Shown in pieces: positions 1 through 8,791 of a stretch of 64,000 bases of DNA. The notes under the pieces are model-generated. The model was not told the DNA's origin. It ran no database searches and was given only the letters and a program-made list of their open reading frames with translations. A program made the position numbers and the translations under genes. The DNA is from an uncultured delta proteobacterium (GTDB taxonomy: Bacteria; Myxococcota; Kuafuiibacteriia; Kuafuiibacteriales; Kuafuiibacteriaceae), in NCBI GenBank assembly GCA_963803435.1, contig CAWDML010000009.1:960001-1024000 (forward strand), given 5' to 3'. How positions within the stretch are numbered: the first letter of the stretch is position 1; each line of letters starts with the position of its first letter.

Positions 1-20
1 CGCTCGCGTATCGGGGTCGC

Positions 21-2709
21 ATGCGCGAGGCCCGCCAGCGGAGCGCCCCGTGGCGCCGACTGCGACCGCTCTCCCAGGAGCTGGTCCAGACCGATGCCGT
101 CGTCCGCGCCCGCCTGATCGAGGCGATGCAGCTCCCCTCCGAGCTGATCAAGCCGCGCATCCGCTTGTTGCCCCCCCGACTGGAGCCGCGCGACGGATCC
201 GAGCCCGAGTGGTGGGTCCGGCTGAGCACGCTGTTTCGCGCGCGCGCACGGCGCTCCGAATCGATCCTCGAGGGCACCGAGCACGCGGAGGCGCTGGGCT
301 TCCTCGAGCCGCTCCTGCAACCGTCGCTGCGCGAGCTGCGGCGCAACCTCATGCCGCACGCAGCGCTTCTGGAGGATCCGAAGGCGCTGGCGACGCGGTG
401 CCTGGTCGACACGATGCCCGCGCTCGCCGAGCTGTTGGGCGAGATGCGCCCCCCGCCGGTGGCGGACGAGGCGTTCTTCGAGGCCTACCCGGTGCTCGGA
501 CGCCAGCTGATCGATCGGCTCGAATCAGGCGGTCGAGACGGCCTCGGAGGCGGTCCGGAAGAGCGCGGGCGCCCGGGCGCGGCTCGGGGAGGTCTTCGGG
601 CTCGCCCGCGACGCTCGGATCGCCGCCATCGAGCTGGGCCACGGCGCGCGTCACGACGGGGGTCGCACCGTGGCGCGCCTGGCGTTCACCGACGGCGTCG
701 AGCTCGCGTTCAAGCCCAGGCCGATCGCCGTCGAGGCCGCCTTCCAGGAGGCGGTCGGGTGGCTCGAGTCCCGCACCGGGATCTCGTTCCGGTCGGTGCG
801 GATCCTCGAGGGCGCGGGCCACGGCTGGATGGAGTGGGTCCGACCCGATCCTCCGGTGGAGGACCGCGCGGTTCGGGGCTTCTTCCGGCGACAGGGCGCG
901 CTGCTGGCACTCTCGTACGCGCTCGAGATCGCGCACCTCGACGAGGAGCCCGTGATCGCGGCGGGGGAGCACCCGGTCCACGTCGACGTCGAGGCCGTGC
1001 GAAACGGATCGCTCGGCGAGCCGGACGATCCCACGCGCGCGCTCCTCGACGACTCCGTGCTCTCGGTCGGGATCCTCGGCCAGCGACCGCCGGCGGATCC
1101 GCATCGGGAGCACCTGGTCGCCGGCTTTCAGGAGGGATACCGGACCATCGCCGTCGATCCCGAGCGCTTCATCCGGGAGGTGCTCGATCGGGTCCTCGTC
1201 CTCGCGCGGCGGCGCATCGTACGCCCCACGGCCGAGTACCTCGCCGAGCTGGCGGCGTCCCAGCAGCCCGAGCTGCTGCGCGACACGGTGTCGCGCGAGA
1301 TCCACTTCAACCGGCTCTGGCGGAGCACGTCGGACCACCCCGCGCTCGCCCAGCGCGTCCCGGCGGAGATCGCGGCGCTCGTCGCGGGCGACGTCCCGCG
1401 GTTCGGCGCCGAGGCCCCCGCGACCTCCGATGCGCAACGCGCGCGCGACCGCATCCGCGCGTTCGGCGGCGTCCACGTCCGTCGCCAGTGCTGGATGATC
1501 GAGAGCGCGCTCTCGATCTCGGCCGATCCTCCCCGACGACCGCGCCGCGCCGCCGACGCCGTCGGAGCCGATCCGCTCGAGGAGAGCAGGGCGATCGCCG
1601 AGCGGCTCCTCGACGATGCCGCGCCCAGCGAGCACGGCCCGTCCTGGCCGGTGGCGAGGGTCGGGGCCGACGGACGGGTGAGCGCGATCGAGCCGATGCG
1701 TCCGGACGTGTACGACGGCTGGGCCGGCGTCGCGCTCCTGATGGCGCAGCTGGCCCGCGTCACCGGCGCACCCCGCTTCGCCGGTGCCGCCGGCGCGCTG
1801 ATCCGGCGCGCCGAGTCGGTCGTCGCCGAGGGGAGCGCCGCGGGCGGCGGCTACTTCGGTGACGCGAGCCTCTGTTTCTTGCTGGCCGCGTTCGACGCGC
1901 TCGAGGGCGCCGCCGATCGGCTCCGGCTGGTGAGGCGGGCCGCCGAGCGCGCCGCCGCGCCGGCGACCGCGGACGGTCTCGACCTCCTCACCGGCGCCGC
2001 AGGAACGCTGGTCGTGATGGCGCGACTATACGAGCTCTATCGGGAGCCCTCGCTGCTCGAGCTGGGCGACACGCTCGCGGGCTGGCTCTTCGCCGCCGCC
2101 AAGGAGACGACCGACGGCCTGCGCTGGTCGACGCACTCGAACGTCGAGTCCTGCTGCGGCTTTGCGCACGGCGCCGCCGGCATCGCCTGGGCCTTCCAGC
2201 GGTGGGCTCGTGCGTCCGGCGACCCGCGGCACCTCGAGACCGCAGAGCGCGGCTTTCGGTTCGTACGCTCGGTGGTGAGCGCTGAGAGAAGCGGGCAACC
2301 GAGCTGGTGTCACGGCGCACCCGGCGTCGCGATCGCCCTGATGTCGGACGGCCGGATCGACGATGACCGAGACGCCGCGATCGCGCGGCGCGCCGTCGAG
2401 TCGGTGCTCGCGCGGGAGCCGGGCGAAGACCACTCGTTGTGCCACGGCGATCTCGGCGACCTCGAGCTGGCGCGCCGTCTCGCGAGGGTGCTGGCCGATA
2501 CCCGCCTGGGCCGGAGTGTCGAGCAGGCGACCGCGCGGAGCGTCGCGCGCGGCATCCAGGATGGATGGCGATCGGGCCACCGCTCGGGGCTGACCTCCTT
2601 CGGCTTGATGACCGGCCTCGCCGGCGTGGCGTACGGCCTGCTTCAGCTCGCCGATCCGTCGGTGCCCTCGATGCTGACGCTCGAGTTGCCCGGCGCTAGG
2701 AGCGTGTAG
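21..2709 (+). CDS. Class II lanthipeptide synthetase-like (LanM: DUF4135 dehydratase + LanC-like cyclase); frameshift near 525-535; true start may lie upstream of the window
   Basis: ORF 21 frame gives a LanM-like N-terminus (FFEAYPVLGRQL). The ORF 670 frame extended upstream gives GARHDGGRTVARLAF-FKPRP, GWMEWV, GALLALSYAL, VDVE, RPT. Cyclase motifs GFAHGAAG, WCHGAPG, SLCHG and GLMTGLAG are present. Confidence 0.8.
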
Positions 2710-2765
2710 CGCGTAAGCGCTCACGCGACCCCGGTCCGGGTCCCGGTCCCGGTCCGGGTCCCGAT
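2700..2765 (+). repeat. Left inverted end of the element, with (GGTCCC/GGTCCG)n hexamer array
   Basis: Reverse complement of 3657-3721 with few mismatches; identical to 28336-28401. Confidence 0.9.
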
Positions 2766-2785
2766 CTGAAGAAGGCTGCCTTGAG

Positions 2786-3163
2786 TCAGACGCTCGCGAC
2801 GGTCGCGAGCTTCGATCGGTAGAGCTTGAGCAGGTTGTGGGTGAGGCAGACGAGCGTCCACTCGGCTCGTACCTTGAAGAAGGAGCGTAGCGAGAACCGG
2901 CGGAATCCTCGTGCCCCTTTGATCTGTCCGAGCGCCGGTTCGACGATACTCTTCCTGCGGGCGTAGACCGCCTTGCCGTCGCGCGTTTGCAACTTGTCTC
3001 GCATTCGCTTGCGAGCGAGCGAGGTCTCGATCGCGCTCAGCTCTACCTCATCGACGACGTCCAAGACGAAGTACGCGAGATGATTTTCTGGGAGCCACTC
3101 GAGAGGGGACGGCGGGAGCAAGAACGATTGTCTCGGAGTCCAAGAACGGTATTGCTTCGCCAC
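2786..3163 (-). pseudogene. IS1182-family transposase with a large in-frame internal deletion
   Basis: N-terminus RQSFLLPPSPLEWLPENHLAYFV is fused directly to C-terminus YARRKSIVEPALGQIK..RGFRRFSLR..KVRAEWTLVCLTHNL; only 125 aa remain. Confidence 0.85.
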
Positions 3164-3282
3164 GAAACCATGGGATCAAGTCCAGGCGTCGAAGTCGATC
3201 CGCCCAACGATCGATTCCAGACGAAACGACCTCCAAGAACTTCTGCTGGTCAAAGTGGACGAGCTACCGCAAGCTAGCTTGC

Positions 3283-3651
3283 ATGGTCACTTTCGATCAC
3301 GAGAAGCTCGAGGTCTACCAGCTCGCCGTCGAGTATGCCGACATCGCTGAAGAGATCGCACAAGAACTGCAACCCGGTCACGCTCACGTCCGCGATCAGC
3401 TTCGGCGGGCATCCGATTCCATCGTGAACAACACCGCCGAGGGCGCCGGAGAGTTCAATCCACCTGAGAAGGCTCGCTCCTACCGGATGGCACTTCGCTC
3501 TGGCGCCGAAAGCGCCGCCTCACTCCACACCTGCTCGAGGCGCCGACTCGCCAACGAGCAGAAGGTCCAAGCCGCCAGAGCCAAGCTCAAGCGCGTTGTC
3601 GAGATGCTCACGCGCCTCATCAAGTCGATGAACGCACGCCGGGCTGCATGA
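3283..3651 (+). CDS. Four-helix-bundle protein (23S rRNA IVS protein / Avd-like, TIGR02436-type)
   Basis: FDHEKLEVYQLA...DQLRRASDSIVNNTAEGAG...S.AE matches the family signature; 122 aa. Confidence 0.85.
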   Translation: MVTFDHEKLEVYQLAVEYADIAEEIAQELQPGHAHVRDQLRRASDSIVNNTAEGAGEFNPPEKARSYRMALRSGAESAASLHTCSRRRLANEQKVQAARAKLKRVVEMLTRLIKSMNARRAA

Positions 3652-3656
3652 TCGCC

Positions 3657-3721
3657 ATCGGGACCGGGACCGGGACCGGGACCCGGACCGGGCTCGCGGT
3701 AGCGCTACGCGCTACACGCTC
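3657..3721 (+). repeat. Right inverted end of the element, with (GGGACC)n array
   Basis: GGGACCGGGACCGGGACCGGGACCCGGACCGGG followed by TACGCGCTACACGCTC-CTAG. Confidence 0.9.
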
Positions 3722-3816
3722 CTAGGAGACTTGCTCCAAGAGGATCGTGACAAATGCACGACTTTGGGTGCTTCGGGCGACCGCTGGGGCTCGCAGTTTT
3801 CAGGTGCCCGCTCATA

Positions 3817-4068
3817 CTAGCGGAACCAGATGTGACGGCGCACCCGAAAGCGCGTACGTCGCCGCGCCCACCGGCGCTCCGCCCGGGTGATGACGCCGTC
3901 TCGGTTCAGGTCCTCGCGAGCGTAGATCCGCTGGACGGGGCGGCGTTCGAACGTCTGCTCGTGCGTCCGACGTTCCGCGCGCTCGTGCCGCGGCGCCGCC
4001 ATCGCGGTGCCGCTGGCGGCGAAGAGCCCGAGTCCGAGCACGACCCCGAGAATCCGTTTGAGTCTCAT
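3817..4068 (-). CDS. Small secreted Arg-rich protein with one EF-hand-like loop
   Basis: AGGAGG RBS before ATG 4068; signal peptide; DLNRDGVITRAE motif. Confidence 0.7.
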   Translation of the reverse strand: MRLKRILGVVLGLGLFAASGTAMAAPRHERAERRTHEQTFERRPVQRIYAREDLNRDGVITRAERRWARRRTRFRVRRHIWFR

Positions 4069-4234
4069 ATCAGTCCTCCTGCTCATGAAGACGCAGCGGC
4101 CTCCGGATCTGTTCTGTCCTTCACAATTCTTTAGGCGTCAGCGTTTCGCTGGAACGGTGGTGTGCGCAGCGCTGGCGCCGGCGCGACGTGTGACGTATGC
4201 CGCGTGCGATCGTCATCGCAGATCATCCACCGCG

Positions 4235-5011
4235 ATGAACGCGGGGTTCGCCTGGGCGTGGAGTCTCTCGCTCTTGATCGGCTGCGGCGGTGCGTCGGCG
4301 CCCATCGAGACGCCGATCTATGCCGTGAGCACGTTCGATCTCGGTCGGCCCAACCCCGACGAGTCGAAGATCGTCGCGGGCCTCAACCTCGACGATCGTG
4401 TCAGCGACTCCGATGACGCGAGCACCTGCAAGAAGGCCGACTTCACCTCGCCCGGGCCCGACTTCGAGCGCGGCGTCGACAACCAGTTCGGGCCGCTCTT
4501 GGACCTGGCGCCCTCCGATCCCACGGCCGCCGTCGCGCCGGCGATCGCGAGCGGGGCCTTCCTGATCCAGATTCGACTCGGCGAGGTCGAAGATCTCGAG
4601 AACGACGGCCGGGTGTCGGTCGAGCTCGACGTCGCCCAGCCGGAGGGGGTGTTTCGTCTCTCCGGCGAGATTCACGACGGCCGGCTGGAGGCGACCGGCG
4701 ATCTGCTCGCCTTCGATCTGCCGGTCACCGACGCCGGCGGCGCCGACGCGACGATGCCGATGCGCCTGACCGACCCACGCATCCGTATGACTGTAACCCC
4801 CGACGCGATCCGCTCCGGGGTGCTGGGCGGAGCGATGAGCGTGGACGAAGCGATCGCCGGAGCCCTGGTGCTCGACTTCGCCCCGGAGGATGCGCTCCAG
4901 CTGGTGCTCGGCGGCAGCGCCGATCTGGATCCCGACGACCAGGGCAACTGCCGGAGGATCTCCTCCGGCTTCGTGTTCGAGGCCACGGCGACCTCGGAGG
5001 AGATGAGATGA
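4235..5011 (+). CDS. Putative lipoprotein, unknown function
   Basis: MNAGFAWAWSLSLLIGC lipobox; GVDNQFG motif seen in myxobacterial lipoproteins; overlaps the next gene (ATGA). Confidence 0.65.
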   Translation: MNAGFAWAWSLSLLIGCGGASAPIETPIYAVSTFDLGRPNPDESKIVAGLNLDDRVSDSDDASTCKKADFTSPGPDFERGVDNQFGPLLDLAPSDPTAAVAPAIASGAFLIQIRLGEVEDLENDGRVSVELDVAQPEGVFRLSGEIHDGRLEATGDLLAFDLPVTDAGGADATMPMRLTDPRIRMTVTPDAIRSGVLGGAMSVDEAIAGALVLDFAPEDALQLVLGGSADLDPDDQGNCRRISSGFVFEATATSEEMR

Positions 5012-5589
5012 AGATCTGGATCGGGCTCGGCTTGATGTTCGCGATCGGCTGCACGACCGCGGACACGCAGACCCCCACCGACACGCTGGCGGTGGTCGAC
5101 TCCGGCGAGACGCCCGACAAGGACTCCGGGATCGCGGCTGACAGCGGCGCCATGGCCGACGACAGCGGGATGGTCACCGACAGCGGGGCCGCCGGCGACA
5201 GCGGCCTGGCCACCGACTCGGGCCCCCCCGGCGACGGTGGCGAGCAGGCCGACGGCGGGGAGGTCGCCGACGGAGGCGAGGTCGCCGACGGAGGGATGAT
5301 GGGCGCGTGCACCAACCCGGCCGACCAGATGATCCACGATACCACCGACGTCTCCGCAGGTGTCGAGACCTGCGCCGGCAACTGCTTCGGCGGGCCGACC
5401 TGCACGCGCAACTGCATCATGAACGACATCGGGCTCTCAGCCGACTGCACCGAGTGTTACGTCGAGGTCACCTCGTGCACGATCAGGAACTGCCTCAGCG
5501 AGTGCGCCGGCATGGACTCGGCCGCGTGCGAGCAGTGCCGCGATGACAGCGGCTGCACGGCGGCGTTCCTCACCTGCGCCGGCTTTTGA
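5008..5589 (+). CDS. Lipoprotein with DSG/DGG linker and Cys-rich C-terminal domain
   Basis: AIGC lipobox; repeated DSG/DGG units; multiple CxxxC and CxxC motifs. Confidence 0.75.
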   Translation: MKIWIGLGLMFAIGCTTADTQTPTDTLAVVDSGETPDKDSGIAADSGAMADDSGMVTDSGAAGDSGLATDSGPPGDGGEQADGGEVADGGEVADGGMMGACTNPADQMIHDTTDVSAGVETCAGNCFGGPTCTRNCIMNDIGLSADCTECYVEVTSCTIRNCLSECAGMDSAACEQCRDDSGCTAAFLTCAGF

Positions 5590-5591
5590 GC

Positions 5592-7475
5592 TCAGCTCCC
5601 CACGCGTTCGTTGACCAGCGCGCTCATCGTGGCGATGTCGAACGGCTTCTCGACACGCGCGTTGTCGAGGCCGTCGAGGAAGTCTCGGACCTCCGGGTTG
5701 AAAACGTCGCCCGTCAGAAAGATCACGCGTTTCGCCTGATCCGGAGCCGAGCTCGCGAGCTCGCGATAGAACGTCATACCGTTCAGAGACGGCATCATGA
5801 CGTCGCACAGGATCACGTCGAAGCGCTGGCCCGCCCGCAACATCTCGAGGGCCGCGTGTGCGTCGCTCGTCCCGGTCACCTCGTGCTCCGCGCTCAGGAA
5901 CCGCCGCATCACGGACACGATGGCGGGCTCGTCGTCGATCACGAGGATCCGCCCTCGCTTACCAGCATACGTTCGAGGACGGCGCGGGATGGCCGCGGGG
6001 GATGGCTCCTCCGCGGCCGCCGGTAGGGCCACCGCGAAGATGGTACCCACGCCGATCTTGCTCTCCACCGAGATCTCGCCGCCGTGTGCCTCGACGATGC
6101 GGTGGCAGATCGTGAGTCCGAGACCGGTGCCCTCGCCGATCGCCTTGGTGGTGAAGAAGGGGGTGAACAGCCGTCTCAACACCTCGGGAGGCATCCCGCA
6201 GCCGGTGTCCTCGATCGTCGCCGTGGCGCGCCCGCGGGCGTCGGTCGAGGTCGTCACCCGGATCTCGCTCGGCTCGGCCTGTCCTTCCGGGATCGCGTGC
6301 GCGGCGTTGACCAGCAGGTTGAGGAAGAGCTGGCCGAGGCGCGACTCGTTTCCGAGGACGAGGGGCGCCTTGCCGTAGCGTGTCACCACCTGGGCCTTGT
6401 GCCGGATCTCGTTCTCCGCGAGCCGCAGCGACGAGTCGAGGACGCGCTCGAGATCGACCGGCCTCTTCTCCTCCTCGTCGCCGCGGGAGAACACGCGTAG
6501 ATCGCGGGCGATCTCGCGGATCCGCGCTGCGGCCTCGCGCGCGTCCCCGAGGTCACCCATGATCTCGGTGATCTCCGGTCGCGGCTCGTCGGTCTGGAGG
6601 AAGCGAAGTTGGCGGAGACCGAGATCGAGATGAGCTAGCAACGCGGAGAGCGGATTGTTGATCTCGTGCGCGACGCCTGCCGCCAGCATGCCGAGCGACG
6701 CCATCCGGTCCGAAAGCGCCAGCTGATCCTGGAGGCGGCGCTGGCCAGTGATGTCGCGTCCGACGCCCACGACCCCGGTGACCGCCCCCTCCGGAGAGCG
6801 GATCGGCGAGAGCGACGTCTGGAAGAAGCGCTCCCCGGCCGCGTCCGGCGCCGACCACTCGTAGAGCACGCGCTGCTGTCCGGAGAACGCCGCCTCGATC
6901 GCGGTCTCATGGGCCTCGGCCGCGTCGGGTCCCAGAATCTCGCGGGTGGTTCGGCCGAGAAAATGTGCGGGCGTCAGCCCGAAGTGCTCGACCCACCGAC
7001 CGAAGACGCCGTCGTGGCGGCGCTCGGCGTCGAGGGTGTAGACGATGTCGTCCATCGACTCGACCAGCGTCTTGAAGCGCGCGTGGCTCTCGTGACGATC
7101 TGCGGCCTCCCGTAACAGCCGGTCGATCGCCGGGAGGAGCCGGGCCAGGCGCTCCTTGAGCAGAAAGTCGTGGGCCCCGGCGTGCAACGCCTGCGCGGCG
7201 GTGTCTTCGCCGATGGTGCCCGAGACGATGATGAACGGGACGTCGAGCCCGGTGTTCTTCACCAGCGCGAGCGCCTCGAGCGCGCTGAATCGGGGCATCG
7301 ACCAGTCGGAGAGGATCAAGTCCCATGTCGCCGAGACCAGCGCGGCGCGCAGTTCCTCGGCGGTCTGGACGCGGAATGGCTCGACCCGGTATCCACCGCG
7401 GCGGATCTCGAACAGGATGAGCTCGGCGTCCTCCGCCGAGTCCTCCACCATCAACAGTCGCAGCCGTGCGCCCAG
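5592..7475 (-). CDS. Hybrid sensor histidine kinase (REC-PAS-HisKA-HATPase-REC); start approximate
   Basis: LLMVEDS..DLILSD receiver; PAS domain; GVAHEINNPL H-box; NLLVNA, DTGCG, PFFTTK, GTGLGL; C-terminal ILVIDDE receiver. Confidence 0.92.
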   Translation of the reverse strand: MGARLRLLMVEDSAEDAELILFEIRRGGYRVEPFRVQTAEELRAALVSATWDLILSDWSMPRFSALEALALVKNTGLDVPFIIVSGTIGEDTAAQALHAGAHDFLLKERLARLLPAIDRLLREAADRHESHARFKTLVESMDDIVYTLDAERRHDGVFGRWVEHFGLTPAHFLGRTTREILGPDAAEAHETAIEAAFSGQQRVLYEWSAPDAAGERFFQTSLSPIRSPEGAVTGVVGVGRDITGQRRLQDQLALSDRMASLGMLAAGVAHEINNPLSALLAHLDLGLRQLRFLQTDEPRPEITEIMGDLGDAREAAARIREIARDLRVFSRGDEEEKRPVDLERVLDSSLRLAENEIRHKAQVVTRYGKAPLVLGNESRLGQLFLNLLVNAAHAIPEGQAEPSEIRVTTSTDARGRATATIEDTGCGMPPEVLRRLFTPFFTTKAIGEGTGLGLTICHRIVEAHGGEISVESKIGVGTIFAVALPAAAEEPSPAAIPRRPRTYAGKRGRILVIDDEPAIVSVMRRFLSAEHEVTGTSDAHAALEMLRAGQRFDVILCDVMMPSLNGMTFYRELASSAPDQAKRVIFLTGDVFNPEVRDFLDGLDNARVEKPFDIATMSALVNERVGS

Positions 7476-7562
7476 GGTCTCTCGGCTATAGCGCACCGCC
7501 CGGGTCGCGGCATGGGAACCAGACCCCATGCCCGGGGCGGTGCAGTGACTCGGATCCCTCGA

Positions 7563-8753
7563 ATGGAGATCGACACCACCGCCGCTCGTCGCCTCGCGCT
7601 CGTCCGCGCCGGCCTCCTCAAGCCGCAGCTCACCGACCTGCCGCGATCCGGTCGCGGGAGCGCCGCCCGCGCCAACGCGCATCGCATCATTGCCCGCTTC
7701 GGCTACCTCCAGCTCGACACCGTCTCGATCGCGGGCGCGCGCAGCCATGCGCTGGTGCTGCTGTCGCGGCTGGAGGGGTTCGATCCGGCCCTCGCCGAGG
7801 GCCTGCTCGCCCCCGGCGAGCCCCTGTTCGAGTACTGGGGCCACGAGGCCAGCTGGATCCCGATCGAGCTCTACTCGGTGTTCGCGTTCCGCCGGCGCCA
7901 CTTTCGGTTGCGCCACCCGTGGTGGGGGGACGTGCTCGGTGCCCACCCCAAGGTGGTGCGCGACGTGATGCGGCGGATCCGCGACGACGGTCCGCTCCGT
8001 TCGATCGACATGGAGGGCCGCGGCAGCCGGGGCTGGTGGGATCTCAAGCTCGCCAAGCGCGTGGCCATGGCGCTCTGGTTCGCGGGTGAGCTGGCCATCC
8101 GCGAGCGCAGGAGCTTCCAGCGCACCTTCGATCTGACCGAGCGCGTCATCCCCGATCGCTTTCGCGTACACGAGGTCCCGGAGGGCGAGGCCATCGAGCG
8201 GCTGCTGTTGCTGGCGCTCGAGGGCCACGGCTGGTCCACCACCGGCACGCTCGCGCGGACCTGGCGCCTGCGCGGCCGCCCACCCATCGATCGCGCCCTG
8301 GCCCGGCTCGCGGAGCAGGAAGCGATCGTCCCATGCACGCTCCGGGGCGACGACGGGAAGCGGACCAAGGGCTGGATCCGCAGCGCAGATCGGGAGCTCG
8401 CGGACCGGTTGGCCAAGCTGCGCCTCCGGCGCGATCGAGGCGTCCTGCTCTCGCCTTTTGATCCCGTGCTCTGGGATCGGGAGCGCGTCAAACGCCTCTT
8501 CGGCTTCGACCAGATCCTCGAGATCTACAAACCGGCGGCGCGGCGCGTGTACGGGTACTACTGCCTGCCGATCCTGGCGGGAGAGCGGCTGGTGGCCCGG
8601 ACCGATCTCAAGGCGGACCGCGAGGAGGGCCGCCTGCGCGTGCTCTCGCTCGCGTTCGAGTCGGGCCGGCGGGCGACGGCGGACGATCGCGCGGCGGCCC
8701 GCTCGGCGCTGGAGCGGTACGCTCGCGCTCTGGGTCTCACCTTGGCGCCTTAA
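7563..8753 (+). CDS. YcaQ/AlkZ-family (HTH_42) DNA crosslink repair glycosylase
   Basis: LQLDTVSI (QxD), LFEYWGHEAS, LLSPFDPVLWDRER, EIYKP..R.YGYY.LPIL. Confidence 0.9.
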   Translation: MEIDTTAARRLALVRAGLLKPQLTDLPRSGRGSAARANAHRIIARFGYLQLDTVSIAGARSHALVLLSRLEGFDPALAEGLLAPGEPLFEYWGHEASWIPIELYSVFAFRRRHFRLRHPWWGDVLGAHPKVVRDVMRRIRDDGPLRSIDMEGRGSRGWWDLKLAKRVAMALWFAGELAIRERRSFQRTFDLTERVIPDRFRVHEVPEGEAIERLLLLALEGHGWSTTGTLARTWRLRGRPPIDRALARLAEQEAIVPCTLRGDDGKRTKGWIRSADRELADRLAKLRLRRDRGVLLSPFDPVLWDRERVKRLFGFDQILEIYKPAARRVYGYYCLPILAGERLVARTDLKADREEGRLRVLSLAFESGRRATADDRAAARSALERYARALGLTLAP

Positions 8754-8791
8754 CACCCCGTCCGGTCCGGCCGATTCGACAGGGGAGCCCC

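Larger units (their letters stand above)
2700..3721. mobile_element. IS1182-derived non-autonomous cassette, copy 1, with four-helix-bundle passenger gene
   Basis: Perfect 16-bp terminal inverted repeat GAGCGTGTAGCGCGTA, extending imperfectly to ~66 bp. CTAG flanks both sides (2696-2699, 3722-3725). A near-identical copy lies at 28336-29611. Confidence 0.9.

Noticed and set aside
2728-2765. GGTCCC/GGGACC repeats as a CRISPR array
   Set aside because: They are 6-nt tandem units without spacers, there are no cas genes, and they form part of the element's inverted ends.
3283-3651. Diversity-generating retroelement, or 23S rRNA intervening sequence
   Set aside because: The protein is Avd/IVS-like, but there is no reverse transcriptase, TR/VR pair or rRNA sequence in the window.
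5095-5300. Repeated GACAGCGG/GCCGACGG units (similar ones at 55290-55510 and 60050-60200) as DNA repeat elements
   Set aside because: They encode low-complexity DSG/DAG linkers common in myxobacterial exported proteins.
3817-5589. Small ORFs downstream of lanM as lanthipeptide precursors
   Set aside because: They have Sec or lipoprotein signals, no leader or double-Gly motif, and Cys spacing typical of disulfide-rich lipoproteins.
7476-8756. N-terminal ~430 aa of the 1054-aa kinase ORF
   Set aside because: It is antisense to the YcaQ-family gene; kinase homology begins only near 7470.
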